A DNA stretch of 64,000 nt from Phoronis australis (Eukaryota; Animalia; Phoronida). The position numbers and the translations under genes were made by a program. The notes under the pieces were generated by a model. That model was not told where the DNA came from. It saw only the letters and a list, made by a program, of their open reading frames with translations, and searched no databases. Below are positions 49,801 through 61,800 of the stretch, piece after piece (position 1 is the first letter of the stretch; each line of letters opens with the position of its first letter). Location of the stretch: NCBI GenBank assembly GCA_002633005.1, contig NMRA01000137.1, positions 186,001 to 250,000 of the forward strand, written 5' to 3'.

Positions 49801-52800
49801 GGCATGCTGATGAGGAATGGTAGTGGAGAAAATGTGAAAGGGCGCGGCGGTAAGTTGAAATGGTGGATGGGGCAAGGGACGACTGGAGGAGCGAAGTCAG
49901 AACGTAAGGAGGTGCTGTGGAACTGTGGTCGGTGTTGGAGAGAGCCATGGAGCCATGGAAAAGGCATCCTGGAAAAGAAAGCGAGACAACTTATCGGCAA
50001 TGAAATTAGTTTTGCCAGGGATGTGTTTGGCCTTGAAATGGATATTATGGTGTAGGGTAGAGAGGACCAGGCGTCGGACGAGGCGCATAATGTTAGGGTC
50101 CTTAGAGGAAGTCTTATTGATGATATGCACCACGGAATGGTTGTCGCACATGAAAAGAATACGATGGTTAGCAAGTTTGGGTCCCCAGATTTCTAAGGCA
50201 AGAACGATGGGGAAGAGCTCCTTGAAGGTGATGGGAAGATGAGAGATGGATGAGGGCCAAGGGCCAGAAAACCAATTAGACCCGCAAACCGCGGCGAATC
50301 CCCCATGGACCGAGGCCGAATCAGTATACAGTTTGAGTGATTGGGAAGAGGTCCAATGCTCAAAAAGGAACATGGATTTGCCGTTGAAGGAGTGGAGGAA
50401 TGTAAGCCAAGCACGAATGTCCGCACGGGATTCTTTGGTGAGAGTGACGTGATGATGAGGCTGAGATATGCCAAGGGTGAGGTCAATGAGGCGACGGAGG
50501 AAGGCTCGGCCGGGAATGATGACAAGGCAAGCGAAATTGAGAAAACCAATGAGAGACTGAAGATCACGTAGTAGGACTGACCTTTTATTCTGGAAGGACT
50601 GCAGGAGATGCAGGGCCTTAGTGAGTTTGTCCTGGGGAAGGGAAGCCGTCATGGATTGGGAGTCGAGATGAATGCCGTAGATGGTGATGGAGGTCGTGGG
50701 AAGGACGGTCTTTTGGTGATTGATGGGGACGCCGATTTCTTCACAGAAAGTGAGAAACGTACGGAGATAAGAGGAACATAAAGGGGAATTAGGGGGGCCA
50801 ACAAAAAAGAAGTCATCAAGGAGGTGGGACACCCCTGGGACATTGAATTTATTTTGAAGAATCCATTGGAAGGATGAGCTGATGAGTTCAAAAATGTTGC
50901 ATGAGGAAGAAAGACCAAAGGGAAGACAACGGTCGAAATAATATTGACCGGCCCAAACAAACCCAAGGAAACGATAGTCAGAAGGGTGTATGGGAACAAG
51001 ACGGAAGGCATCCTTTATGTCTGTTTTAGCCATGAGAGAATTGTGACCGGAGCGGCGGACTAGAAACATGGCATTTTCGATGGTTTCATAGTGAACCTGA
51101 GAGAAGGATAAGGGAATATGAGAGTTAACGGAATCGGTATCCCGAGATGGGTATGAAAGGTTATGGATAAGGCGAAATTTACCAGAGTCTTTCTTAGGTA
51201 TAAGCCCCAGAGGGGAAGTGATGAAATTGTCGAATGGAGGGTACTGGTGGGGACCGGAGTAGCGGCCACAGTCAACCTCGTGCTGTATTGTGTGTTCAGT
51301 CACAGTAGAGTTGAGGACCGCAGATGGGTGGTTATGCGGAGGTGGGGAGGATAACATGGAGGAAACGCCGATACGGAAACCATACGTGAAACCATGAATG
51401 ATGCGAACAGTAAGGGCGGATGGATAACCGAGGAGATATGGTTCAAGTTTGTTTATTTTTATGGGTGTTGGAAGGTCGGGTGGAGGTGGAGGTGGTTCGC
51501 GGTGTTGGTTGAGGGTGGGAGGTGGTAGGGCAAGCAGAGGCGGGGTGGAAGCCATTGCAAGTGATACAGCGGTGGATGTAGCGACAGTGCTGCTGAGGGC
51601 AGAATGCGGAGTTGAACCGCCGGCAGAAACCGCTGGGGTGTGAGGCGGCTGAACGTGGTTGGAGAAATTGGGAACGAAAGGACTGTGTGCGTGGGTAGTT
51701 AGTACGGATGGAATTTGGGTAGTTAGAGGGAGATGAAATTTTGTGAGATTGGAGGATAACCTGATTCCAGAGTTCCATATTGGTGGTTTCCCAAGGAACA
51801 GGGTTAACGGAGCGCAACTGACGAAACTGTTGATCGTAAAACATGGCTGGGGCAAAACCGAAATGGTGATTGATGGAGATTATGGTATGACAAAACTTTG
51901 CGAGATGAGGTGCTTGATGTGGGTGACGGGTGGTGTAGATAGCTAAATAGATGAGGAATGCCTGGTTCCACTGAAACATGTTGTTGATGGAGCGAGATTT
52001 GGGGGTAGGTGAAAAAACGGGTTGATGGTTAACAATGGAGAGGTGGAGTTGTGGGGATGAAACCGGGTTAATGAGGTGACCAAAATCGACATATTGGTCT
52101 GTCCATATAAGGTTTTTGGTTTTGGCATCCAAGTTGAAGCCTAAAGCCAGAGACGTATGTACGGAGGCGTCAAGGTTACCTGCAATAGGTGGAATATGAT
52201 GATCCAATGCTGCGGAGAAATAGAGTGAAAAATGAAAGTTGGAGAGAATTGTGGACGATGGCCCAGTGTTGCAACAAGACAAAGAGATCACGTGGTACAA
52301 TTAAACCAATAATCGTAAAACAAAGAGGGTCACTGACCAGAGAATCCAAACAATATGATAATGAGGAGGAGGCAGTATAGCTTACATAAAATAATTTAAT
52401 ACTTAAATAATTTTTATTCTGACAACGTTAAACAAGAAATAAAAACCTTACCGGCTTTCCAGTTTTCATTAATCCAAGCAGAGGTAGATAGAAAGCGCCC
52501 TCTGTCGACAAGCGCGGGAAGTAAGGCATGCACAATTCACTCAAGCCGACACGACAGTCGTCACTGGATTGTAACAAATCCAAGTTCTCCATAAGTTGCA
52601 GCATTATTCTAACTTGAGATTCATTTAGCTTTGTATCCTGAAAACGTACCTTCAAAACTAGAAAAGGTGATGTTGAATGCGGCTGTGTAAACCTAAGTCG
52701 AAAGCAAAGCTAACATTTGTTTAGACCCTTTTGATTCCTACGTTACAAAAAGTAGTCTAAAATTGCTATTTTAAACTTAGTAAACTTAGAAATGATTTTG

Positions 52801-55800
52801 AGTACACCCTGGTGTCAACAAAAACAACTGACAGTTGTTTTCTGTTGAAACCAGGGAGTACAGTCAGACTAGCCACGGTGGGTCATTTTGTGCACCTAAC
52901 ATGGTCTCCAGCAATACTGAACTGCCGTTTTTTTCGTAGTCTGGAAACTACATAACTTCTCACCTGAATTTTTTGAAACGAGTTTTACATCGGTAATCAA
53001 AACTTAGGTTCTTTGAAAGAACGCGGGATCAGGTATATCAAAGGTAAACTTGCCCCACCATTGAGGTCTCTTTATTTTTGCTTAGTGAACCAACTGAACG
53101 TTTCACTGACAGTGGGGCAAAAGATTTACACAAACATAATACTGAACAGTCGCAATTCCGTAGGTTCCTGTAGGTGTTATATTTACATGTATTATAATAA
53201 ATTTGTTGATGTATCTATAGTGTTAAATCTAACTTGATACATCAAATTTTCCTTTGAAATCGACACGGTTGACAGATGATTTACAAACATTAGTCAGCAG
53301 TTGTCTGAAGAAAACAAACTATGTTTTAGATTTGATCAAAACTTGACTAGTGACAGAAATGCATTTCAAACTTCTTAAAATTGCTCACGTAAGCATCGAA
53401 CGTAGTCAGCACAAAAACAAAACATTAGCCTACGTTTACCTCAACGGGTTTTGCTAATAACTGCGAAACATGGTAATCACATTACCTGCCACAAAATTGG
53501 AAATAGTATTTCCCTGGCTAGCCCTCTAAGAGGTATATCCTCTAGCGCCCTAACAAGGAGGCCAGGATCTGGTGTCGTGCACTTGCTGCTTTTTGGCCAA
53601 AATCTACCAGCTTCAATTCTGAAAAATCGAAATTGATTGAAAACTCACGATAGGACTATACCACATCAGTATGAGGCTGTATTTAAAATAATAGTTTTTT
53701 TTTAAAATGATAATAACTAAATAAGTGACTATAAAAGGTGTAGACAGTGCAACGAAACATTTATGAGGTCGACTGAAATGAAATGATTACAACAACAGTA
53801 ACAAATATATGTTTAGTCTACGTGGTACAGAACACGTGAATCACGCTCTTGTTGAAAGTAGATTACTCACTTCCTTTCCAAGGATTCTCACCTGAAGGAT
53901 TTTTTATCGTCATCGACTAGCATGCAGCAGATTGCGTTAGCGAGCGCTCTCGGATTGACACACAGAATCAAGGAATCCATTTCGTTTCCCTCACCTAACT
54001 CGTACCTAACAATTGATCCCTGCAATTACAGACAATTGAATTGCATAACATTCACCGTGAATTGGCATTCCCGTATGCCAGCGTATCCACTGGTGGAATG
54101 ACGCCAGCCTTAAAGTGACATAGAACGTGAAAACTGACTAAGTTGCATTATTCAAGGTGGTCTCTGCCACTAAAAGAGACCTCACACTGCTCACCAGGTA
54201 TATTTAAAGTTTCGTCTTGATTTTTCTTTAGGTTTCAAATTTCACAAAACGATCCGTCAGCTGCTCTCTGACAGGGCAATGGACGTCTCCTTATTTGGTA
54301 TGGCATGACACACGTAATACATTTCCCTTTGATGTAATCAAAACTGATGGCAGCAGCCAGTCCAACTTCTTTGAGCGCATGCGCGTATTATTAGGGGCGA
54401 AGACATTTGAAAACTGTATTGAGTTGAAAAGATTATAATTTTTGGTTTGTGTTTTAAAAATGCTGATTATTACGAATTTTTCTAAAAATTCTTGCAATAT
54501 TCAAAGTCAATAAACCTCACGTTAGTATCCCGAAGAAGTAGATTCGTCACGATCTGTTTAAAAGTGATTTTACGAGAATTCGCGTTCCAGGCCCCTTTAA
54601 AGTCTATGTGTGCAACTCTTTTACGATTGTTAAAGCAAACAAAGCTGTTGCCAAACTCAAATCTTATGGACGGAAGTTATAGGGCTAGATGATGTCAAAT
54701 AATATCACAGCAAAATCTGCGTCCACGAAAAGCTCTGCTTTCACAAAGATTTTTCCAGAACAAAGCATTCACATCCAAGGGATGCAAAGGTTTGCAAGAT
54801 TTCCAAAAGGCAAAAAAAGAAACAATGTGAGCACGGAATAAGTAAGAATTATTAGTTTTTCTTACACGCAATAACTTGGTCACATCACGTGACCTATAGT
54901 GAAGCCTAAAATGTTCCCTGTGACGACCGGAACTGGAACCCGGCACTATGTGCTAACCATGTAGAGGCTCAAGTCCACTGCGCTGTCGAGACAACCGGTC
55001 AATGTCAGAAACCCAATCAGACTTAACAGGAGGCCTTTTACCCTAACTTGGTAATTTATGCAACTGTGTTGTTATGAAGCAGCATGGTTAGCAGAACAGT
55101 GGCGGATCTAGGATATCACAAGGGGGAGCCCAACATTTTGTCCGGCCGTAAGCATTTGCGCAAACCACGATTGTAGATGCGCATAGCACCGAATGAGGGG
55201 AGGTCGGGAGGGGGGTTTGCCCCCTTCCCGCCCAGGAAATTTTTCTGTTTTTTCCTCTAAAAATCAAGCATTTTCCTTGATTTCTGAAGTATTATCCAAG
55301 AAAAAAAGGCAAAAAAAATACGGAGAACGTGTCAAACAGGAAAAACTGCGAGTTCCACAGCTTCGAACACACGACCTGGCTAATAGGACGCGCGTGCTTT
55401 ACCACTACACCACCACTAAACTAAAACTAAGAGACCTACTTGTTTATGGTCCACAGCGTTTGCGCGCGAAACCTACTTCTTTTTGTAATGCTTATTACAC
55501 GTTTTATATTTTGTGCAATCGGTTGTTAACAAATTTTTTGTATTTAAAATAGTCATCAAATGCCCAAAAGACCAAATCCGTTTTTTGTGTTGGCAATAAT
55601 GACGGGATTGCTTTGGAAGTCGTCTTAAGTTAAGGTTTGACAAAGAGAGAATTAATGAGTTTCTGAGTGATTCACTAAGGCTTAGATTAGAATTCACATC
55701 TCACCAGCAGCTTCTGTTTTTTCATCGTCACTCAGGTTCCATTTTCTTTAAAAAATAAAGTAAATTTTCTTCATTGCACAGTGGAGCAGACGACGGAAAC

Positions 55801-58800
55801 GGAGTCGTAGTGCGTAGCGCCACTACCGGTAGCCTGGGATATCGCGGGAGAGCCTACACTTAGCCATAGTTCCGTTACGAATGCGCCGTGTTCCGAATTT
55901 GACACTTCAAATTAGATCTGAGCCCCCCAAACACTAAAACTGCACACATTTAAACCTTTTTTCATCCGTATAATTTTAATTACCTGGGCAAATTAAAAAA
56001 CTCTACATTTCCCTACGCTCTTGCTGTTTTCTTTTTTGCCGCAGCTAAATCCGCCTATGCAGAAATTCCCCGGATCGAGCCCCTATCCAGATCTTTTCAG
56101 CTTTACAATAGGTCAAGTGATTTGACCAACATACGGTGTATAAGAATGATAATTCATACTTATACAACAATAATCGCGCTGATTTTAACAGCACAATCAG
56201 TTTCATCTTTTACCGTGTCAATTTGAATACCGCTAACACACGCCACTGTATATTATTCACGTTAACAGGCGACTAGACTTCCACGAGACAGCGGCGTCCG
56301 ATCACGAGGTACTAGTCTCGGAATGTTTTCCTGGGCCACCACCTTCGAGGAAGAAGTACTTCCCAGTGAAGCTAGGTGGCGATCCAAGTGTCTCACGTGC
56401 TCAGTCGTCACTGCCATGAGAACGCCGTACGATTACTACACTTAAACTACTGAACTTACCGAGATTTCTAAGAAATTTAGATATTCCTTAACGGCATTCT
56501 CGTCTTGGAAAAGATTTTCTAATTCGTCGCAATAAACTTTGAAATCAGTCCACGATACTAATACGGTTCCTGCGTTCTTTAACTTGGTTATTTTATCCTT
56601 TAATATCCAAACTTCATGTCCCACGCTGTATCCATGGAGTGGAAAAAGTTTCTGATCCAAAAGTTTTGCGAGAAGTGTTTTTCTTAACTTTTCCACGCCC
56701 TGCAATAAAAGGATGATATCTTATTTTGATAAATTTCAGTTTATTTTGAGTTGTAGCATCTCAAGTGCTTTCAATTAACCAAACTTATGTTGAAAGGTTT
56801 AATTTAAACACAATGTTTTCATCCTCAAACAGCAAACCTTGGAAACAAACAGTCTGTAGCCTGAGGGATATCTAATTTCCGGCAGTCTGCGATTGACGGA
56901 TTTCTTGATAATAACATAATTTCACGGAAAAACATCCATCACTTTTGTTAAATCGCTGGACAACGTCAAAGCGTTTTCCTGCTAGTACTAAATGCATAAA
57001 CTATCGATCTTTCCCAAAAGGACAACCTTTCCACTCCCAGTGTGAAGATTCGTTTAAAGAACACCCCACCGCTTTAATGGCGATTTCTGATTTCTTTTGA
57101 ATAATGTATTGGCAGAGCAACTCTGTGTTACTGTCGTTAACTACGAAAGGTATGTGCAAGTTCGAAAACGCTTAACAGAGTAGACGAAATAGACAAACGT
57201 ACCAAGCTTCAAAATGGCCGAATAAATGAAATCGGTGGTACATGGTACCGTTAAAGCAACCTGTGAACTCTATTCTGCCCAAGGTGTTATTGTAGACAAT
57301 TCGAAAGATAACTCAGTCGCTCTATTCAAGAACCAAAACGAAAGAGGTCTCTCTAAAAGATGAACCAGAACGGTGTCCTTTAAAAAGGGCGCTGCAAGTA
57401 ATTTAACTTCCGGAGATCAGGGACAGGTCCAGCACTATTACACGGCCACTCATACGTTTGTTCTTTGAGTGGATAACTTCCGATATACAACAATATTGAC
57501 CAAGCAGGTCGTAGAATATGACTTTTCGTTCATGCCGCTAGATGTCGCTATTCGTGAACCGTCCAACCAGACGCGGTGGATACCATAAACCCCGACTACA
57601 GTGCGAGTACACGAGGCCAGAACAATAAAGCAGGATTGATCCATATTTGTACAGTATTTCACAAAAGCATCAAATTATCTTGGCATATTACCTTTCCACT
57701 AGAACAACTTATTTCCATGATACTGTCTGCAAGCTTTGGGCGAGTTTTCAAAGCGTTGTCATAGTAATCAATTTGTTCTTGTATTTTGCCGCATATATTG
57801 CACAACCTACAAGACAAGGACGTTCATGTCACAGTGGGGAAGATTCAATCACATTTGTTTTGATAGTAGTTTAATCTTCGTACTTACCAGTGAAAACGCC
57901 TTTCATAAGAATCTCGTGTGAACGAGAAAAAATTTACACGGTATGATTCAAATTTGTTCTTTTAAATGGTGAACAAAATCAAGCCTTAACTAGTAAGTCT
58001 TAAAATCAGCCATCTAAGGCGTATTTCACGTATTTTTTCGATACATATTAGCGTGGCGTTTTTTCCCCAAAAAGCGAGAGACGGAGTATTTCGGTAAACA
58101 ACATGAGCCAATGGTCTTGGCTGTATCAGAAGAGCCATTCCGTGCGAAACCAAACGATCATGATAATTTCCAGAAATCGTTTGCACGACGTTTGCACTTT
58201 CACTGACGACATTAAATATACCGTGAAGTCCGAGCAAGGTATTATGAAAAACACCTGCCTAATCAATATTGATTATTGCAATAAACGTTCATTTTGATCG
58301 AAAGTGTCGAGCATCGGCAAACTAGCTCACGAACTGTCTCCTGCTTACGTTGTTGTTAATTTCGAAATCAATTAACATGTTTACAAATATATGTAAACGA
58401 CTTACTTGAGTTTGTAAAGCTCCTCTTGAATGTTGTCGATAAGGCGAGCCTCGGTACCAAGCACCATCTTTATTATCTCGTTTTGTTTGATCAAAAGCTT
58501 TTCGGCACTCGATATTTTGTCAATTTTTGTTGCTACCAGCAAAACGGCACTACCAGGACACTGAAATTCGAGAAGACTAAGTTGAACACAACACTATCGT
58601 GGTCGTCGTCACCGTCCTCGTTAAAGTTCACGTCATCGTCGATATCGTCACCATATCTACCAGCATTGCCATCACCGACAAAACCACAGCAACAACTTTC
58701 TTTATAGTATGTATTTTCGTTTTCGACGCAGCTATTGTCATTTGCTGCGCATATTATAATATAACACACAAAACAGGAAACGGCGGGGGGGGCGGGAAAT

Positions 58801-61800
58801 ACAAAACCCACAATAATTTGTTGTGAAATTCTCGAGATGACCGGAGGGGAGCGCAGATCGCGAAGATCGTGGAAGTCAGAGTTTGACGCAGTTGTAATGA
58901 CCTTAACAACGAATCTGTGAATGAAAATGCGTCTATACAATTTGACAAATGTTGATGTTCATCATATTTTTGAGTATTCTACTAAGTAATTATGCATGGG
59001 TCACGCTGAACGTGACATTGGCGGCAAAGATCATTTCTTGCCATCTTTGTTCACGTGCATTTCGGAACGTGTCTGTCATCGGATGCTTTTAAATTATCGT
59101 TTTCTTCCTCTTGTAACAAGTTAGTCCCATAATTTGCCTTTCTCGGAGTCTTATTCAGTGTGCCTGGAGGTTGTTACGGACCTGAGTGCACGTATTATGA
59201 GTTCTCAAAGAATATAGGTGTTCCGTTTGACCAATTTCCAGTGGATGAAAAGATCCCTCAAAGTTGGGACATTCGTCCACCCCTCAGATAATTCTAACAT
59301 TCCTTACCCTCGGATTACGAAAACGGCACGCAAAAATCATAAAGGTACATCTAGAACGTGTTATGAAGAATGATGCCATGTAGCGCCGGTACTTCTCTTC
59401 TCTGCTCAGTGCCGCCACCTGCAGCCACTGCAGTGACTCAGTGCCAAGAAGTTCATGTCACCCGTGCGTGTGAATAGTCACCGCAGTGTCCAAGGTCAAG
59501 AACCAGCACAACTTCACCATATGCTGGTTCGACCTCTGCCTGGGCCTGTGCGTATTCAGCCCACGCGTTCTTCTGTTCAAAAATGGGCTTCTATATTCAT
59601 GGGCGGCGCAGCACTGAAAAAGGTGGGGGAGGGGGGGTATAGCCCTAGTCCCCTATGGCGCAGTGCCCACTGCCTGGTCGCGAAATAATTCATCGTCACT
59701 TCCACTGTCCACCATTTCTCCGTCACTGACTCTAAAGGTGCCGATTCCAGCCATTTCCCGTCCATTGCAGATCAAACAAAGGCTGAATCGCACTCAACTG
59801 AGTTCTAATCCCGGGTCTAATTCAGCCTAGAATTTTCCATGCGCGCGCACAGGCCAAAAAGGTCCGCCTCAGAGAAACAAAAAGTCCGAGAAAACGAGAC
59901 AAAATTCCACTGAAAAGGTAAAGACGCACAGTGAGGGTGGTACCCCGTTTTTTGTTTAGTCCTTCCGCAAAAGGTCCACATCGCCAGAAATTCGAGCCCC
60001 TCATATTAAAGGCTGGGTGCGCGCATGTTTTCCTAGGACACTCTTCAAAGACAAATACTAAATTACGGAAATTTTTGGTAATTAATATTCAGATGTTCAC
60101 CATGAATCGTTGCTCCAAACAAAAATGGTGGGAAATGACCTGTACCTCGAACGTTCCATCCGGGGTGACACATGCATAATAAATTAGGACCCAAAGAAAC
60201 TTGATGAAGTTCAAAATCTATCTAGCGTCAACCGAAAGTCGTATTTTTAACCAAGATGACGCTAAAACTGCTGTAAACCCGACTGAATTAAGGCAACTTA
60301 CAGTTACAGAACTGGGGCCAAGAAACTGATAAAATTCTTTGTTGGCTTAAGTCTAAGATTTGTCTCAACTTTCAAAACTTCCACTTGACTGAAATTTAAG
60401 ATTTCTCTTAGCTAAGTCAATTTTATTGATACCGACCCCTGGTCTCAACCGGTATTTTACTCAGATTTGACGTTATTTCAGAGCTACGTAACGATTGACA
60501 GTTCGTCATCAACGGAGACCGTGCTCAATCATTTGACGTGTCACAGCGGGTCATTTTAAATGCCGAGTATGTACTCAAGCAATAACGAACTTATTTCGAA
60601 ATCCAGAAACCAGTTCTCACATCAGGTAGGAAAAACTTGAGTGTAGGGACATTTCAAAAGTAAGTTTGTTTGTCGCGAGGCGGGTTTAAGGTTACAGAAC
60701 GCTATCGGCAAGCCTCTGTATTTAGCCAAATATCCACACAACTACAGATTTTAATTCATTAAAAGTAAAATTATCATTTCGCTTGTGTTATATGCAAATT
60801 TATTTTTTTGTAAAAATCATAGACATAAATTTGATAGCTTCTCATGCAAAATGGAACATTTAAAAAACAATCCCTAACAGAGTTTAGGAGTTTCATGTGA
60901 ATCCGATCAGCCGTTTCAGATGAAGTTCCGAACTTAATCAAATTTGGACTTTTTCTAGGGTCCTGCATAACTTAAAAACATCTGAGACAACATCATATTA
61001 GAAGCCCCCACAATGGGAAACTGCTCTGGCCCAAGCAACAAAGACACGTCACTCACAAAATGGACGTATTACCTTCGTCTGTATCAGGTGTATATAATTA
61101 AGCACACTATCACAACTCGTCTGATCCACCACGTTAAAGACGATGACGTATAAAGCACCTTTGGTCATGTACGACTGATGGGCCACCTGGCAAACCTGTA
61201 ATGGCGACGGAAAAGTACAAACATTTATATTTCGAATTAAACTTGGAAGCAGAGGATAAAATCTACGAAAACACGAGGCCTACATCTTTGCCTGATACGA
61301 TGAGATCCAAATGTCGTTCAATATAAGGCGAAGTCGGGCGTGTTTTCAAGTACGCCTCGGGTTCGAAAGCAAGACAATCTCTCTGAACCTTTACAGATTC
61401 TCTACAAATTACCAACACTCAAAGAAGCGTACAGCTATTTTGAATTTAGTTGTTTCATCAATTCGCTCTTGAAATAAGGTACAATGTGCTAATTGTAACC
61501 TTGACCTAGACCAATGATAGGCGGCACTTTAATCACTTCGCCAGTTGAAACAGGTAAAGTGGTTAAGTACACAGTGACGACCATCTCTATAGAGACGGTG
61601 AGCCTCCAATCGGGCGCTTCATACGTCGGAAGCTTTTTGACGAATTATGCTTCACATTGATTAAAACATCTGGCGCGCGCGGTAAAAGTAGGAGCGCTCG
61701 CAGTGTTGCCAGTTGCCGACTTAGGCAACTGAACGAAGGACTGCTCGAAAAAAAGTTTGATTACGGGAGCAGTGTTCGAATTGGAAGGAATTAAGGACAT

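Larger units (their letters stand above)
47566..52417 (-). mobile_element. Ngaro-type (DIRS order) tyrosine-recombinase retrotransposon with split direct repeats
   Basis: A1 52215-52417 matches A2 47847-48049 (203 bp); B1 48045-48213 matches B2 47566-47734 (169 bp). Order A1-gag-RT/RH-YR-B1-A2-B2, with overlapping ORFs. Confidence 0.93.
46601..52424 (-). mobile_element. Putative older LTR (about 970 bp once Ngaro is removed), interrupted by the Ngaro element
   Basis: Joining the Ngaro flanks gives TGTCAGAATAAA...GTTTTCA on the minus strand, with AATAAA near the 3' end, followed immediately by TGGCGCC (PBS-like). No TSD or second LTR found. Confidence 0.4.

Noticed and set aside
58533-58940. 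135-aa ORF with Asp-rich tract
   Set aside because: Intronic low-complexity (gac/gat) sequence in a different frame from the real exon 58560-58406.
59306-59418. Open exon-like segment on the minus strand (VAALSREEKY...NPR|gtaagg)
   Set aside because: The Roc domain is already contiguous from 61073 to 58560 (LIQTK-CPGSAVLL); weak acceptor and no Roc similarity.
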